Shown here: piece after piece, positions 50,679 to 61,013 of the stretch
How positions within the stretch are numbered: the stretch's first letter is position 1
Layout: every line of letters begins with the position of its first letter
Assembly: GCA_964486045.1 (NCBI GenBank)
Contig: CAZALK010000019.1
Coordinates: 1-64,000, forward strand
Direction of reading: 5' to 3'
Length of the DNA: 64,000 nucleotides
From: an uncultured archaeon
GTDB taxonomy: Archaea; Asgardarchaeota; Lokiarchaeia; Sigyniarchaeales; SOKP01
The notes under the pieces: generated by a model
Databases searched by the model: none
The model's input: only the letters and a program-made list of their open reading frames with translations
Told to the model about the DNA's origin: nothing
Translations under genes and position numbers: made by a program

Positions 50679-53564
50679 TTAAATTTCTTCAAATATGGTA
50701 ACTTCTGACATCTTCATCAGCAAGTTAATATGACCTGTGAATTCATCATCCGAGCATAGAATTATTAATTCTTTCTTGATAATTTCTGCACTATCGTTTT
50801 TTTCTCTAAACTCAAAAGGTGAAAGTATCCCAGAAGAACTCTTCTCTTGTAATTGTTTAATAATTTTATCAATTTCTTGATTAAATTCTGTTAAATTTCC
50901 TAAATTATCAGCTAAAGCTGATGGAAGACTTGAATGTATTTTTTTTAGAGAGTTTGAAAAAGTTAGAAGTTTCTTAGAAAATTGGAGTCTTGTTTCTAAA
51001 AGATCATAAATTTTTTCTGATTCGTTAAGAAGTCTAAACATCGTTTCATAAAACTTAAGATCGTTTTTATCTCTAGTAAGAAATTTGGTAAGGTTCACAA
51101 CCTTCTGAGAGGCATCAAAATCTTCAAAATTTTCATATTCTTTAATCTTCTTTTCAGTTTCTTTAATATCAAGATGAACTTGTTCTAATTTTTGGTTGCT
51201 CAGATATCTGTCTAATTTCATTATTTTCCTCTGATATTCCTGTTCATTAAGAATGAGACTAGTGATTTCAAAAACTTCTGGTAAAGGAGTATATAAATAC
51301 TTCATTATTGATTTGTATATCGAATGTTCAGTATTTGCAATTTTATTTTCAAAAAACTCAATCGTATCCATGTTTTGGCTCAATTCTACCAAGAATTTAA
51401 AGAATTTTCTCAAGCTGAGCATATTTTTTTGGGCATCAAATGCTATTGAATACATCTCTTCAAAGTATTTTTTATAAAATCTCACTGCTAACTCAAGTTT
51501 TTGCAGAAAACCGTTTACAAGAGGTATAATTTCTCCTGAAAGACTAGACTTCTTATATTCTTTTCCTATATCTTTTAAGCGTTCTTCTTCACGATACGTA
51601 ATTATTTTAATAATTAACTCTGGAAAATCCTTAGTGACTATATCATAGGTTTTAATAAAGTAACCTTTTTTGCTTAGTACAGGAACTATCGTATTTATTG
51701 TCATTGTTCGTTGCTGGATAGCTTTTAGATCTTCTTCAAGGATTTTGTTAATATGATCGTCAATATTTTGCTTTTTCTCTTTATTAGCAATTTGTCTATC
51801 TTTCAGTAATTGCGTAAGTCTTATTGATCTAATTTGAGCATTTCTTCCCCCAAACATTTCAATAAAAATTGACCCCAGAATTCTAAATGCTAAAGCTCCT
51901 GTTAAGGAACGATCCTTCTCCTCCTCAATCAAAATTTGATTTGTCAGCATATTCAATAATCGAAACGTAAATGATTTCTCCTTCTCTCTAGGAAATTCTG
52001 AGAGCCGTTCTCTATATTGTTCATGAATCTGGTCTTCAGGGAACTTATTTTTCCACAAAAAGTCTAAAATTCGATCCCCTTCTGGATTCGGGAGAATTTC
52101 TAAAAATCTTGGAATGATTTCGGCAATCGCTTTAGCCCAACTAAAATGTTCTTTTGACAATGGAATTTCTTCATGGTAATCAGCCAATAAATCATGAATT
52201 AATCCCCCTTTATCAAACACTTTAGGTCCATCATATTTACCAAGAGTATGAACAAGGATCTCATCAAAATTTGGATCTGAAGACAATGGCATTCTTATCT
52301 TGATCTTCTCTAAGAAGGCTTTATAAAGATCAAACAAACTCCTAACTTTATGATTAGATCTATTAATTATGAATTGGTTTATCTCAGCATTATTTAGATC
52401 GTTTAATTCTACTAACGAATTGGAAAATATAATAGCCCCATTAAACACTAACTCCACTGCTTCTGGTTCATGGTATGAAGCAGATTCTGAAAATTTAAAT
52501 AGAAATTTTGCTAAATCAGAGCCTAGATATTCTCTATGTTGTTCGGGCATTTGATTTATAGATTCTAACAGTTCTTCATTTAACATTTCAATCATATCTT
52601 GCCCAACTATCATAGCATATTTTTTCTCTGCCCGTTTTAGGAAAGCTTCAACATCCGAAAATTGAACACGTTTTTCTTCTTCTCCTAACAAATGAGTTAA
52701 TATATCTTCTAAGCTATCACTAGATTCTAGTAGATTATTCTCTTTAACAGCCTCTAGGAACGCTTTAAATAAATCCAATAATGTAAATAATTTATTATTA
52801 CTTCTTTTTATTATCTCTTGATTTATCTGATCCGATGTTTTTCCATTAGAATTAGCGATAGATTTGGTGAACACCACCACATGATTTAACATTCTACTTA
52901 ACGTTTCCGGTACTAAATTTTCTATACTCTGCGAGAACTTGAATAAATATTTTGAAATTTCAGAACTAAAATAATCCCGTAATTTTTCATCAACCTCAGA
53001 AAGAGCTTTAATAATATGTACTGAATAATAATGTGATTTTTCCTCCCCTATTTTAAGAGTAAAATTTTTCTCTGCTCTTTTTATAAATAACTCTATATCA
53101 TTAAACTGAGTTACCTCTGTTTTACTACCAAATAAAGTTGAGAGAATCTCTTCGAAACTTGCTTGATTCTTCATAATTTCGCTATTCATAGCTTTTTCAA
53201 CGAATACACGCATTAAATCTAAGAGATTTCGCGTCTTGTTATCACTTCTCTTAACCAAAAGCTGATTTACTTGGTTTCTATCCTTATTGAGTAAACCCTT
53301 AAGCGATTTGGCAAATATTAAAACATGGTTAAGTACACTCTCAATAATTTCAGGAGATAAGTTTTCAAGGTCTCGAGATAAATTAAACAGATATTTCGGG
53401 ATTTCTGAGCCAACTGTTCGTCGAAACTTTGCAGGAATTTCATTTGTAGCCTTCTTTATTTCCCCGAACATTAAATTTGTTGTTTCTTCTCCAATTCTAT
53501 CTTTAAATGGTTTTTCCGCTCTTTTCAAAAAAACTTCCATCTTTAAAACACACTCACAGTTCAA
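50679..53564 (-). CDS. large hypothetical protein with three N-terminal 148-aa repeats and a coiled-coil C-terminus (probable start 53540)
   Basis: F[LI]KRAEK recurs with an exact 148-aa period. Confidence 0.85.
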   Translation of the reverse strand: MNCECVLKMEVFLKRAEKPFKDRIGEETTNLMFGEIKKATNEIPAKFRRTVGSEIPKYLFNLSRDLENLSPEIIESVLNHVLIFAKSLKGLLNKDRNQVNQLLVKRSDNKTRNLLDLMRVFVEKAMNSEIMKNQASFEEILSTLFGSKTEVTQFNDIELFIKRAEKNFTLKIGEEKSHYYSVHIIKALSEVDEKLRDYFSSEISKYLFKFSQSIENLVPETLSRMLNHVVVFTKSIANSNGKTSDQINQEIIKRSNNKLFTLLDLFKAFLEAVKENNLLESSDSLEDILTHLLGEEEKRVQFSDVEAFLKRAEKKYAMIVGQDMIEMLNEELLESINQMPEQHREYLGSDLAKFLFKFSESASYHEPEAVELVFNGAIIFSNSLVELNDLNNAEINQFIINRSNHKVRSLFDLYKAFLEKIKIRMPLSSDPNFDEILVHTLGKYDGPKVFDKGGLIHDLLADYHEEIPLSKEHFSWAKAIAEIIPRFLEILPNPEGDRILDFLWKNKFPEDQIHEQYRERLSEFPREKEKSFTFRLLNMLTNQILIEEEKDRSLTGALAFRILGSIFIEMFGGRNAQIRSIRLTQLLKDRQIANKEKKQNIDDHINKILEEDLKAIQQRTMTINTIVPVLSKKGYFIKTYDIVTKDFPELIIKIITYREEERLKDIGKEYKKSSLSGEIIPLVNGFLQKLELAVRFYKKYFEEMYSIAFDAQKNMLSLRKFFKFLVELSQNMDTIEFFENKIANTEHSIYKSIMKYLYTPLPEVFEITSLILNEQEYQRKIMKLDRYLSNQKLEQVHLDIKETEKKIKEYENFEDFDASQKVVNLTKFLTRDKNDLKFYETMFRLLNESEKIYDLLETRLQFSKKLLTFSNSLKKIHSSLPSALADNLGNLTEFNQEIDKIIKQLQEKSSSGILSPFEFREKNDSAEIIKKELIILCSDDEFTGHINLLMKMSEVTIFEEI

Positions 53565-53822
53565 AAAATTAGTGAAAATTATCTTTATGTAATTGTTCTA
53601 CACTTAAACCTAATCAGATATATAAATAACCTACATCATAAATTTAAATTTATGTTTCTCGGCATTTATCCCACTTGAATAGACAACTTATATTCATATT
53701 CAGATAAAATTACTTTTAAAATTCTGATTTTTAATCAAAAATTTTAAAAAAAGTGGGTAAATTAAAAATAGGAAAAAACAAATGGAAAAAAAGTATTTAA
53801 TCAGAAGAAGTGTACATTCAAA

Positions 53823-55580
53823 TTAGTTATCTAAAGTGGTTACATCTGATTCTCCATGTCCCAATGCAATTTCTGCCTGCATTGAAATGGGAGGATTTAC
53901 ACACCAAATAAAATGACCATCTTCAATCTTTATCTTATGAGGTGTTTTACGCATACACTCATTGGTTCTTGCTTCTGATATACACCGAGGATTAAAGGTA
54001 CACCCAGGAGGAGGTGCTATAGGGCTTGGAACTTCTCCCTTAATTACAAACCGTATTTCTTTATTACTAGGGTCGAGTTCGGTTCTAGATTCTAAAAGAG
54101 CTATTGTATAAGGGTGTGTAGGTCTAGAGAAAATTTGATCAGTTTCTCCAATTTCAACAAATTTGCCAAGATACATAACGGCAACTCTATCAGCAATATG
54201 ATTGACAACAGCTAAGTTGTGAGTTATAAACATAAAACCATACCCGTAAGTCTTCTGCAAATCTTTTAGTAAGTTAAGAATCTGAGCTTGAACAGATACA
54301 TCTAAAGCAGAGGTAGGCTCATCTAGTATAATTAACTCAGGATTACTTGCTAGAGCTCTCGCAATAATTATTCTTTGTTTTTGACCACCAGAAAACTCAT
54401 GAGGGTAACGATCCATGTGCTCTCGTTTTAATGATACCTCATCTAGCAATTTTAAGACACGTCTTCTTATTTCATATCCTTTGGTAATACCTAATAAATT
54501 TTTCAATGGTTCTGCTAATATATTAACAATTTTCATTCGAGGATTCAGAGAAGCATCAGGATCTTGATAAACAATCTGTATTTTTCGCCTTAGAAATTTT
54601 GGATAATCGTCAGGGATGGTTTCATTATTAAATATAATTTCCCCCACTTCTTTTGGTATTAATCCTAAGATTGCAAGGGCAACCGTAGTTTTTCCGCAGC
54701 CACTTTCACCTACTAATCCTACTGTTTCCCCAGTTTTGATGTCAAAACTGATTCCATCAACAGCTTTAACAGAACCAAATGATCTTTTGAGCATTCCTCC
54801 AATGAGAGGGTAATATACCTTTAAATTATTTACTTCTAATAATATTTTACCATGTTCAAGAATAGTAAGATCTCTAATATCTTCAAAAGATAATCTACTT
54901 TGAAAGATCAGTTTTAAAATAATACTTGCAATTATTGGAACCGGAATGCCAAAAAGTAAATTCAATGCAAAACTACCAACAAATAACCTTCCTTGGTTAG
55001 CAAAAAGAAAATTTGCGAAAATAATACCAGGAATAACAGATAAAAAAATAATAATATTTCTTTCTTTTACAAACTGTATCTTATCTCCCCAATTCACATT
55101 AAAAACAGTAATACCAATCATAATGATAACAAGAAAGTAGAACATCATGCCAGAAGTCATCCAACTCTGACTTTGATTACCACCTTGTGTCATTATGAAC
55201 ATATTTTCAAACATTATTCTAATGACAAATCCCGTCAAATAAATTAAAGCTTGTAAAATTGCGGTAAACAATAAAGATTCTTTAATATCTTTTTTATACC
55301 ACAAATGTACTACATATGACGAAATTACTACTAAAAGTGCCACTCTTAAAAGATCCAAAATTAAGTTGTTTCCAAGAGTAATCTGGATTACAACTTCAAG
55401 ACTTAAATTTATTAAAGTCCAAAACGAAACTATTTTTATAGCTGTACGGGCTGAATCATCCCACTCCTTCTTTCTAGCAGATCTTCTTATTAATAAAAAT
55501 CCAATGAGTAATAAAAGAACATTAATGATGATAGTAAGCGTCAATTCTCCAATTGTTAAATTACCTATAATTTGCAGCAT
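53823..55580 (-). CDS. oppF: oligopeptide ABC ATPase (OppF/DppF) with N-terminal multi-TM fusion
   Basis: GESGCGKT, YPHEFSGGQKQR, LDEPT, HPYT, PPPGCTFNPRC; the first ~240 aa are hydrophobic. Confidence 0.9.
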   Translation of the reverse strand: MLQIIGNLTIGELTLTIIINVLLLLIGFLLIRRSARKKEWDDSARTAIKIVSFWTLINLSLEVVIQITLGNNLILDLLRVALLVVISSYVVHLWYKKDIKESLLFTAILQALIYLTGFVIRIMFENMFIMTQGGNQSQSWMTSGMMFYFLVIIMIGITVFNVNWGDKIQFVKERNIIIFLSVIPGIIFANFLFANQGRLFVGSFALNLLFGIPVPIIASIILKLIFQSRLSFEDIRDLTILEHGKILLEVNNLKVYYPLIGGMLKRSFGSVKAVDGISFDIKTGETVGLVGESGCGKTTVALAILGLIPKEVGEIIFNNETIPDDYPKFLRRKIQIVYQDPDASLNPRMKIVNILAEPLKNLLGITKGYEIRRRVLKLLDEVSLKREHMDRYPHEFSGGQKQRIIIARALASNPELIILDEPTSALDVSVQAQILNLLKDLQKTYGYGFMFITHNLAVVNHIADRVAVMYLGKFVEIGETDQIFSRPTHPYTIALLESRTELDPSNKEIRFVIKGEVPSPIAPPPGCTFNPRCISEARTNECMRKTPHKIKIEDGHFIWCVNPPISMQAEIALGHGESDVTTLDN

Positions 55581-55652
55581 TTTAGATCGTCTCTCTTTTT
55601 TAAAATTTGTTCAAATTTTGTTTTTATTCCACTTTTTATTAAATCTTAGTTT

Positions 55653-58600
55653 TCATTTTTCAATTATTTGGCTCTCTGCTTTTTTTATTGATATCTCAGC
55701 AAGATCTTTATACTGAGGATCATAAAGATGACAAGCTACGAAATACTCGGGTTCTATTTCTAAGCTTCTAGGAATCTCTGAATCGCATGGTTCAAAACAG
55801 TATTGACATCGTGGATGAAATCTGCAACCTGAAGGTGGATATATCAAGTTTGGTACTGTTCCGGGTATAACATCAAGTATTTTCCTCCTTTTTCCTACAA
55901 CTGGTACAGCTGCTATAAGACCTCTAGCATAAGGATGATAAGGTGTTCTGAATAATTTTTCTATATCGCCGTATTCAACTATAAACCCGCAGTACATTAC
56001 AGCAACGCGATCACACATTTTTGAAATAATTCCTAAATCATGAGTAATAAACAATATTGAGGTATTATATTTTTTCTTCAAGTCTTTCATTAATTTTAAA
56101 ATCTGATTTTGAATTGTGACATCTAACGCGGTAGTTGGTTCATCCGCTATCAATAATTTAGGACTGCAAGCTAGTCCCATAGCAATCTGAACACGTTGGC
56201 GCATTCCTCCACTTAACTCATGTGGATACCTATCAAATATTAACCGTGGTGTTGGTATATTTAAATCTTTAAGCATTTTTTGACTTCGTTTTCGAGCAAC
56301 ACTATAAATACTTGTGTTTTTTTTCACAGCTTCCACCAATAATTCATCTTCCAAATGCAATTGATACACCTCAGAGATTTGATCACCTATTTTAAACACC
56401 GGATTTAAGGAGTTAAGTGGATCTTGAAAAATCATGGTAATTTTACTTCCACGATAACGCAGAAATTCATCATCAGATTTTTGATGTAAATCTTCCCCTT
56501 CAAAAAAAACCTGCCCACTTTTTATTTCACCTGGAGGACGAACTAGTTTAAGGATAGATAAAGCAGTTACAGATTTTCCACAACCAGTTTCTCCTACAAG
56601 ACCGAGAGTTTCACCTTCCTTGATTTGAAAAGAGACACCCTCAACAGCTTTTACAATCCCCTCTTCTGTGTTAAAATAAGTTGTAAGATTTTTAACATCT
56701 AAAATAATTTTATTTCCATTGCCCACAGAGGTTGGTAGATCAATTTCCTCAATATCTTTTAGAGCTTTTCGGAACTTTTCCATCACTGTTTTAGATGTAT
56801 CTGGTGTAAATTTTATTCTTAAGGAAACAAAAACCGAGAGAATATAAATTCCAGTGGCGACGAACATTGAGATACGAATATCATGTATTGTGAAAAACAT
56901 TATAGAGAAAATATTTTGAAAAAATCCAAATATTCCCCCTCCGACAAGATCTCCAACCTTAAGGTGTTTTAAAGCAATTGTTATCATAAGCATTATAATT
57001 TGAGTACCAATTGCAAATCTTAAAGAATCAAGAAATTTCCTTTTATAAAGTTTTAAAACCAAAACTGTCCCAATAACTATATTAATACCAGTAATTAACA
57101 AATCACTTAGCACAGCGATCCACCCTAAAGTTAATGGTACCAGTAATGCTAAAGATATTAATAATGTCTCAAGAACTAAAAAGAGCCTCAATGGCAGATT
57201 GATAATAAGCCACGCAAGACTAATGCGAGCCGCTTTTTTTTTTGATTTATTCCACATTTTTACCGATCCCGCATACCATCTTACAATTCTAGAGCCTACA
57301 AAAAACAAAATGGTTGAAAGAAGTACCACATTTGTAATAAACATAATGAATGGGTCATTTAACCAAACAAAAAGATACAAATAAATTATAAAGAATGGTC
57401 CAATCCAAATCCAAAATGTTATTATCCCACCAAGTAAAATTGAACCTCGTAGCAACATTTTCGGAACACGATTATGGACAGAATTCATCCTATCAAATAG
57501 TAAAATAAGGAAAAAATCACCAAGAACTAAGAAAAAAGCACAAGAAACGCTAAGAAAAAGAACTTCTGCTATTAGATTTGGTCTTAATAGTATTGAAATT
57601 GCATAAGTTAATATCATAACACCCCATAAAAGTGCCGTAAGAATAGTATTGAACTTGTTATCAAATATCCTCTTTGATACTACTATTTCTTCGTCTGATA
57701 AATTAGATTTATTAAATTTCTTGATAAAATAAATATAAAATTTAAAAGAAATACCTTCTGGAAGTCGGATTGATCCCTCTCCCCTCTTAGTATCAGGAGT
57801 GGAGTCCTGGTATTCCAAGATGCTTTCTGTTTCATTATTATTGCCTATCTGTTTTTCTAATTCTAATTGTAAAAGTTGTTGAACTCGTTTTGAACTTTTT
57901 TCACTACTTTCTGGCAAAAACTTGGTTTTAAGGAGGTTGAAAAAGAAAATTATATATAAACCTGAAACTACAAGAATTGTTACACGAATATCTTGCTTAA
58001 AAATGACAATTCCTAACCATCTATTCAAATACAATTCAAATATAATTTGTTGAAATGACCACAAGCCAAATACGATCAACCCACTATAATACATTGAACT
58101 TTTAATAATACTTTTTGCAACCCGTTTATCAGTTGGCAGAGATCTGTTAACTATTGTGGTAATGAAAAAGTCAATCGCAAGTGTTGCAAACGTCCATAAT
58201 ATACCAAGATTAAAAACATCTGGGGTTTCCATTGGAATGTTAAGAATCGGAATTGAAAGGAAAAATGCAGCGGCAACCCATGTAACCACCATTAAATAAA
58301 AAAAGAATTTTCTAAAATTAAGATATGCTGAATCATCCTCTCTTGAAATTCTGGAAAAACCATACTTATTTATTAACGGTTTATGTAAAAAATAAAATAC
58401 CGTCACCATCAAAGCAAAAAAAAGGAGATCCTCGTTAAAAATTCTAAATATTGGACTAAATAATCCCAATACTTCAAAAAGAACTCTAATCCCAAAAATG
58501 ATACCAAAGCTAATTAAACAAGTAACCAGGGAACCCTTTTTCACAATACTTTTTGTTGTTTTCTTATCTTTATAAAATAGATTTAAACTAAAAAGTAGAA

Positions 58601-58679
58601 TTATTAGTAATCCGATTAGCATGCCTCCAACTTCTATTAAAGAATATCCAAAATTTGGAACATATGTTTGAAATATCAT
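55653..58679 (-). CDS. oppD: oligopeptide ABC ATPase (OppD/DppD) with ~650-aa N-terminal multi-TM fusion
   Basis: GETGCGKS, IFQDP, LSGGMRQR, ADEPTTALDVTIQ, GCRFHPRC, VACH. Confidence 0.9.
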   Translation of the reverse strand: MIFQTYVPNFGYSLIEVGGMLIGLLIILLFSLNLFYKDKKTTKSIVKKGSLVTCLISFGIIFGIRVLFEVLGLFSPIFRIFNEDLLFFALMVTVFYFLHKPLINKYGFSRISREDDSAYLNFRKFFFYLMVVTWVAAAFFLSIPILNIPMETPDVFNLGILWTFATLAIDFFITTIVNRSLPTDKRVAKSIIKSSMYYSGLIVFGLWSFQQIIFELYLNRWLGIVIFKQDIRVTILVVSGLYIIFFFNLLKTKFLPESSEKSSKRVQQLLQLELEKQIGNNNETESILEYQDSTPDTKRGEGSIRLPEGISFKFYIYFIKKFNKSNLSDEEIVVSKRIFDNKFNTILTALLWGVMILTYAISILLRPNLIAEVLFLSVSCAFFLVLGDFFLILLFDRMNSVHNRVPKMLLRGSILLGGIITFWIWIGPFFIIYLYLFVWLNDPFIMFITNVVLLSTILFFVGSRIVRWYAGSVKMWNKSKKKAARISLAWLIINLPLRLFLVLETLLISLALLVPLTLGWIAVLSDLLITGINIVIGTVLVLKLYKRKFLDSLRFAIGTQIIMLMITIALKHLKVGDLVGGGIFGFFQNIFSIMFFTIHDIRISMFVATGIYILSVFVSLRIKFTPDTSKTVMEKFRKALKDIEEIDLPTSVGNGNKIILDVKNLTTYFNTEEGIVKAVEGVSFQIKEGETLGLVGETGCGKSVTALSILKLVRPPGEIKSGQVFFEGEDLHQKSDDEFLRYRGSKITMIFQDPLNSLNPVFKIGDQISEVYQLHLEDELLVEAVKKNTSIYSVARKRSQKMLKDLNIPTPRLIFDRYPHELSGGMRQRVQIAMGLACSPKLLIADEPTTALDVTIQNQILKLMKDLKKKYNTSILFITHDLGIISKMCDRVAVMYCGFIVEYGDIEKLFRTPYHPYARGLIAAVPVVGKRRKILDVIPGTVPNLIYPPSGCRFHPRCQYCFEPCDSEIPRSLEIEPEYFVACHLYDPQYKDLAEISIKKAESQIIEK

Positions 58680-58700
58680 CCGTTTAATTTTCCCTCATAT

Positions 58701-59711
58701 CTATATATGTAATCTAGGATCTAATGCATCCCGCAAACCATCACCTATTAGCATAAAACCAATCGCAGCTATTGCGATAAAAATTCCTGGCCAGAAAAGA
58801 GCCCACGTCGCGCTAGTCACATCTCTTCCATAATTAATATCCGTTCCCCAATCTGCAACAGTCGCATCGCTTAATCCTAAATATGCTATGCTTGCAAAAC
58901 CTAAGATTGCACCTCCCATTGATCCAAAGAAACCAACAATGATCGGTGACAGCGCATTCGGTAGGATATGTTTAAACATAACCTTAAACTTCGCCGCACC
59001 ACTAGTTATTGCTGCTCTGACATAAATGTTCTGCCTTACTTGTAAAACTAAGGCTCTCACCCATCTGGCACTACTTGGTATAAAGAATATACCATAGAGA
59101 AGCAGAAGATTATATAAATCTTGCCCTACCATAGGAGAGATAATTATAATAAGAATTAATAAAGGAAACGCGAACCAAAAATCAACAAAACGCATGATAA
59201 TCGAGTCAACGACTCCACCAAAATATGCTGAAATTGTCCCAACTACTATCCCACCTGCCGTAGAAATCAAAACTGGAAGTGCTGCTGCTGTAAGTGCTGT
59301 TCTAGCACCCCAAATTAATCTACCAAGAATATCGTACGCATATTTTGTCGTGCCTAACGGGTGTTCTGGAGATGGTGGCGCGAATGGTGTTCCACCCGGA
59401 GGAGTATAAGGTCTAGATAATAGTTGTAATGAGTATGGAGTAAGCCAGGCAGAGAATACAGCCAATATAGCTAAGAACAAGATCATTGCGATTCCCGTAA
59501 TTGTTAACGGTGTAAGAAGGCGTCTAAATAGTTTTCGTTTGGATTTTATTTTACCTATTTCAAATTCAGTAGAACTGAATTCAGGTTCTCGCCAACCAGG
59601 TATTAAATAGAACTTTAAATATTTTTTAATTTTCCCTTTATTCAAAGAAGGGAAACGTTCCTCAGTTAGTGATTTTTCAATTTGAATTTGGGTCATTTGA
59701 TCACATTTCAA
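58701..59711 (-). CDS. oppC: oligopeptide ABC permease (OppC/DppC)
   Basis: PPSPEHPLGT, RLIWGAR, YVRAAITSGA, KHILPN, GDGLRDALDPR. Confidence 0.93.
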   Translation of the reverse strand: MKCDQMTQIQIEKSLTEERFPSLNKGKIKKYLKFYLIPGWREPEFSSTEFEIGKIKSKRKLFRRLLTPLTITGIAMILFLAILAVFSAWLTPYSLQLLSRPYTPPGGTPFAPPSPEHPLGTTKYAYDILGRLIWGARTALTAAALPVLISTAGGIVVGTISAYFGGVVDSIIMRFVDFWFAFPLLILIIIISPMVGQDLYNLLLLYGIFFIPSSARWVRALVLQVRQNIYVRAAITSGAAKFKVMFKHILPNALSPIIVGFFGSMGGAILGFASIAYLGLSDATVADWGTDINYGRDVTSATWALFWPGIFIAIAAIGFMLIGDGLRDALDPRLHI

Positions 59712-59715
59712 TTTT

Positions 59716-60780
59716 TTAATAGATTATTCGGGGATCGATAATTGTGTAAGCAACATCCGCTATGAGCGTTCCTGAAATTATTAGAATTGTAGAAAATACT
59801 AGAAAACCGTTTATTATCAAATAATCACCGGCTTGTATAGCTACTAGGAAATAATACCCCATACCTGAATAATTAAACGTAACTTCTACGAAAAGAGACC
59901 CTAAAAGTGCTGCGGCAGTTCCTCCTATAATAAGATGGCTTGTAGGGAGTATCCCGTTTCGTAGAGCATGTTTATTTATTACATCTTTTTCTTTAACACC
60001 CTTAGCACGCGCAGTTCTAACATAATCCTGATCCAACACATCTAACATACTAGATCGCATTTGCCGAGTGACACCAGATAAAGATACAAAGATCATACAA
60101 AACACAGGGAGAATCAAATGCAGAAGAGTATCCCACAAATAAATTTGATCATTATATATAATACTATCAATAAATCTAAATCCTGTACTAGCTCCTCCAG
60201 TAGGAACTGGATTCGCCAAAGAAGGATTGTTTGAAAATACAACTGGAATATAAAATCCACCATAAGAAAAATTTCTCACCGTAATGCCAATACCTATTTG
60301 TACAAGTGAAGCAATATAGAATACTGGAAATCCTGCTCCGAGGATGGCTATACCTCGAATTAGGCTATCCTTTGGTTTATTTCTATCTTTTGCTGAAGTA
60401 ACTCCTAATTTAATGGAAATGATAGGAACGATAATAATCGAAAATAGCATTAATTCAATAGTTTTTGGAAAAATTGTTGCGATAACATGAATTACTTTTT
60501 CCCCAGGTAACACAATAAATGATTCACCCCAATCTCCAGTAAAGAAGTTTTTGAGATATATACCAAGTTTTACATACCATGGGTCATACCACCCAATTCT
60601 TCTCAATTCTCTTTCAAAAACGTTTCGGTCCATTACACCCGCAAGTTTATTCAATTCGGGACTTACAGACATCAAATGAGATAAAATCCAAGTAAAAATT
60701 AACACTGCGATTAAAATAGGAAACATCAGTAATATTCGCTTAAAGACATATTTCATCATGTTCCGTGCTTGGCGAGCCAT
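59716..60780 (-). CDS. oppB: oligopeptide ABC permease (OppB/DppB)
   Basis: GDWGES, HLILP, RSSMLDVLDQDYVRTARAKG, HALRN, DPRI. Confidence 0.93.
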   Translation of the reverse strand: MARQARNMMKYVFKRILLMFPILIAVLIFTWILSHLMSVSPELNKLAGVMDRNVFERELRRIGWYDPWYVKLGIYLKNFFTGDWGESFIVLPGEKVIHVIATIFPKTIELMLFSIIIVPIISIKLGVTSAKDRNKPKDSLIRGIAILGAGFPVFYIASLVQIGIGITVRNFSYGGFYIPVVFSNNPSLANPVPTGGASTGFRFIDSIIYNDQIYLWDTLLHLILPVFCMIFVSLSGVTRQMRSSMLDVLDQDYVRTARAKGVKEKDVINKHALRNGILPTSHLIIGGTAAALLGSLFVEVTFNYSGMGYYFLVAIQAGDYLIINGFLVFSTILIISGTLIADVAYTIIDPRIIY

Positions 60781-60805
60781 TTTTTTACCCCATTTATGAT
60801 ACAGT

Positions 60806-60841
60806 TTAAACCATATTTTTATTTTCTGAAATATGGTTTAA
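60806..60841. promoter_or_regulatory. 13-bp inverted repeat TTAAACCATATTT-N10-AAATATGGTTTAA in the divergent opp promoter
   Basis: Arms 60806-60818 and 60829-60841 are exact reverse complements. Function is inferred. Confidence 0.55.
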
Positions 60842-61013
60842 GAAAAAAAGAAACTTATTTAACAATTACGGTTTTTTTTCAAGATATTTACGTTCGTAAT
60901 GCAGTAAATTTGAAAACTTTAAATAGTTAATTGTCGTAACCTTATATTAACTTTACTAAGTAATGATTATTTAGTAAAAATATCTAAACTAAAAGAATTA
61001 AAGCTTTTAATAA

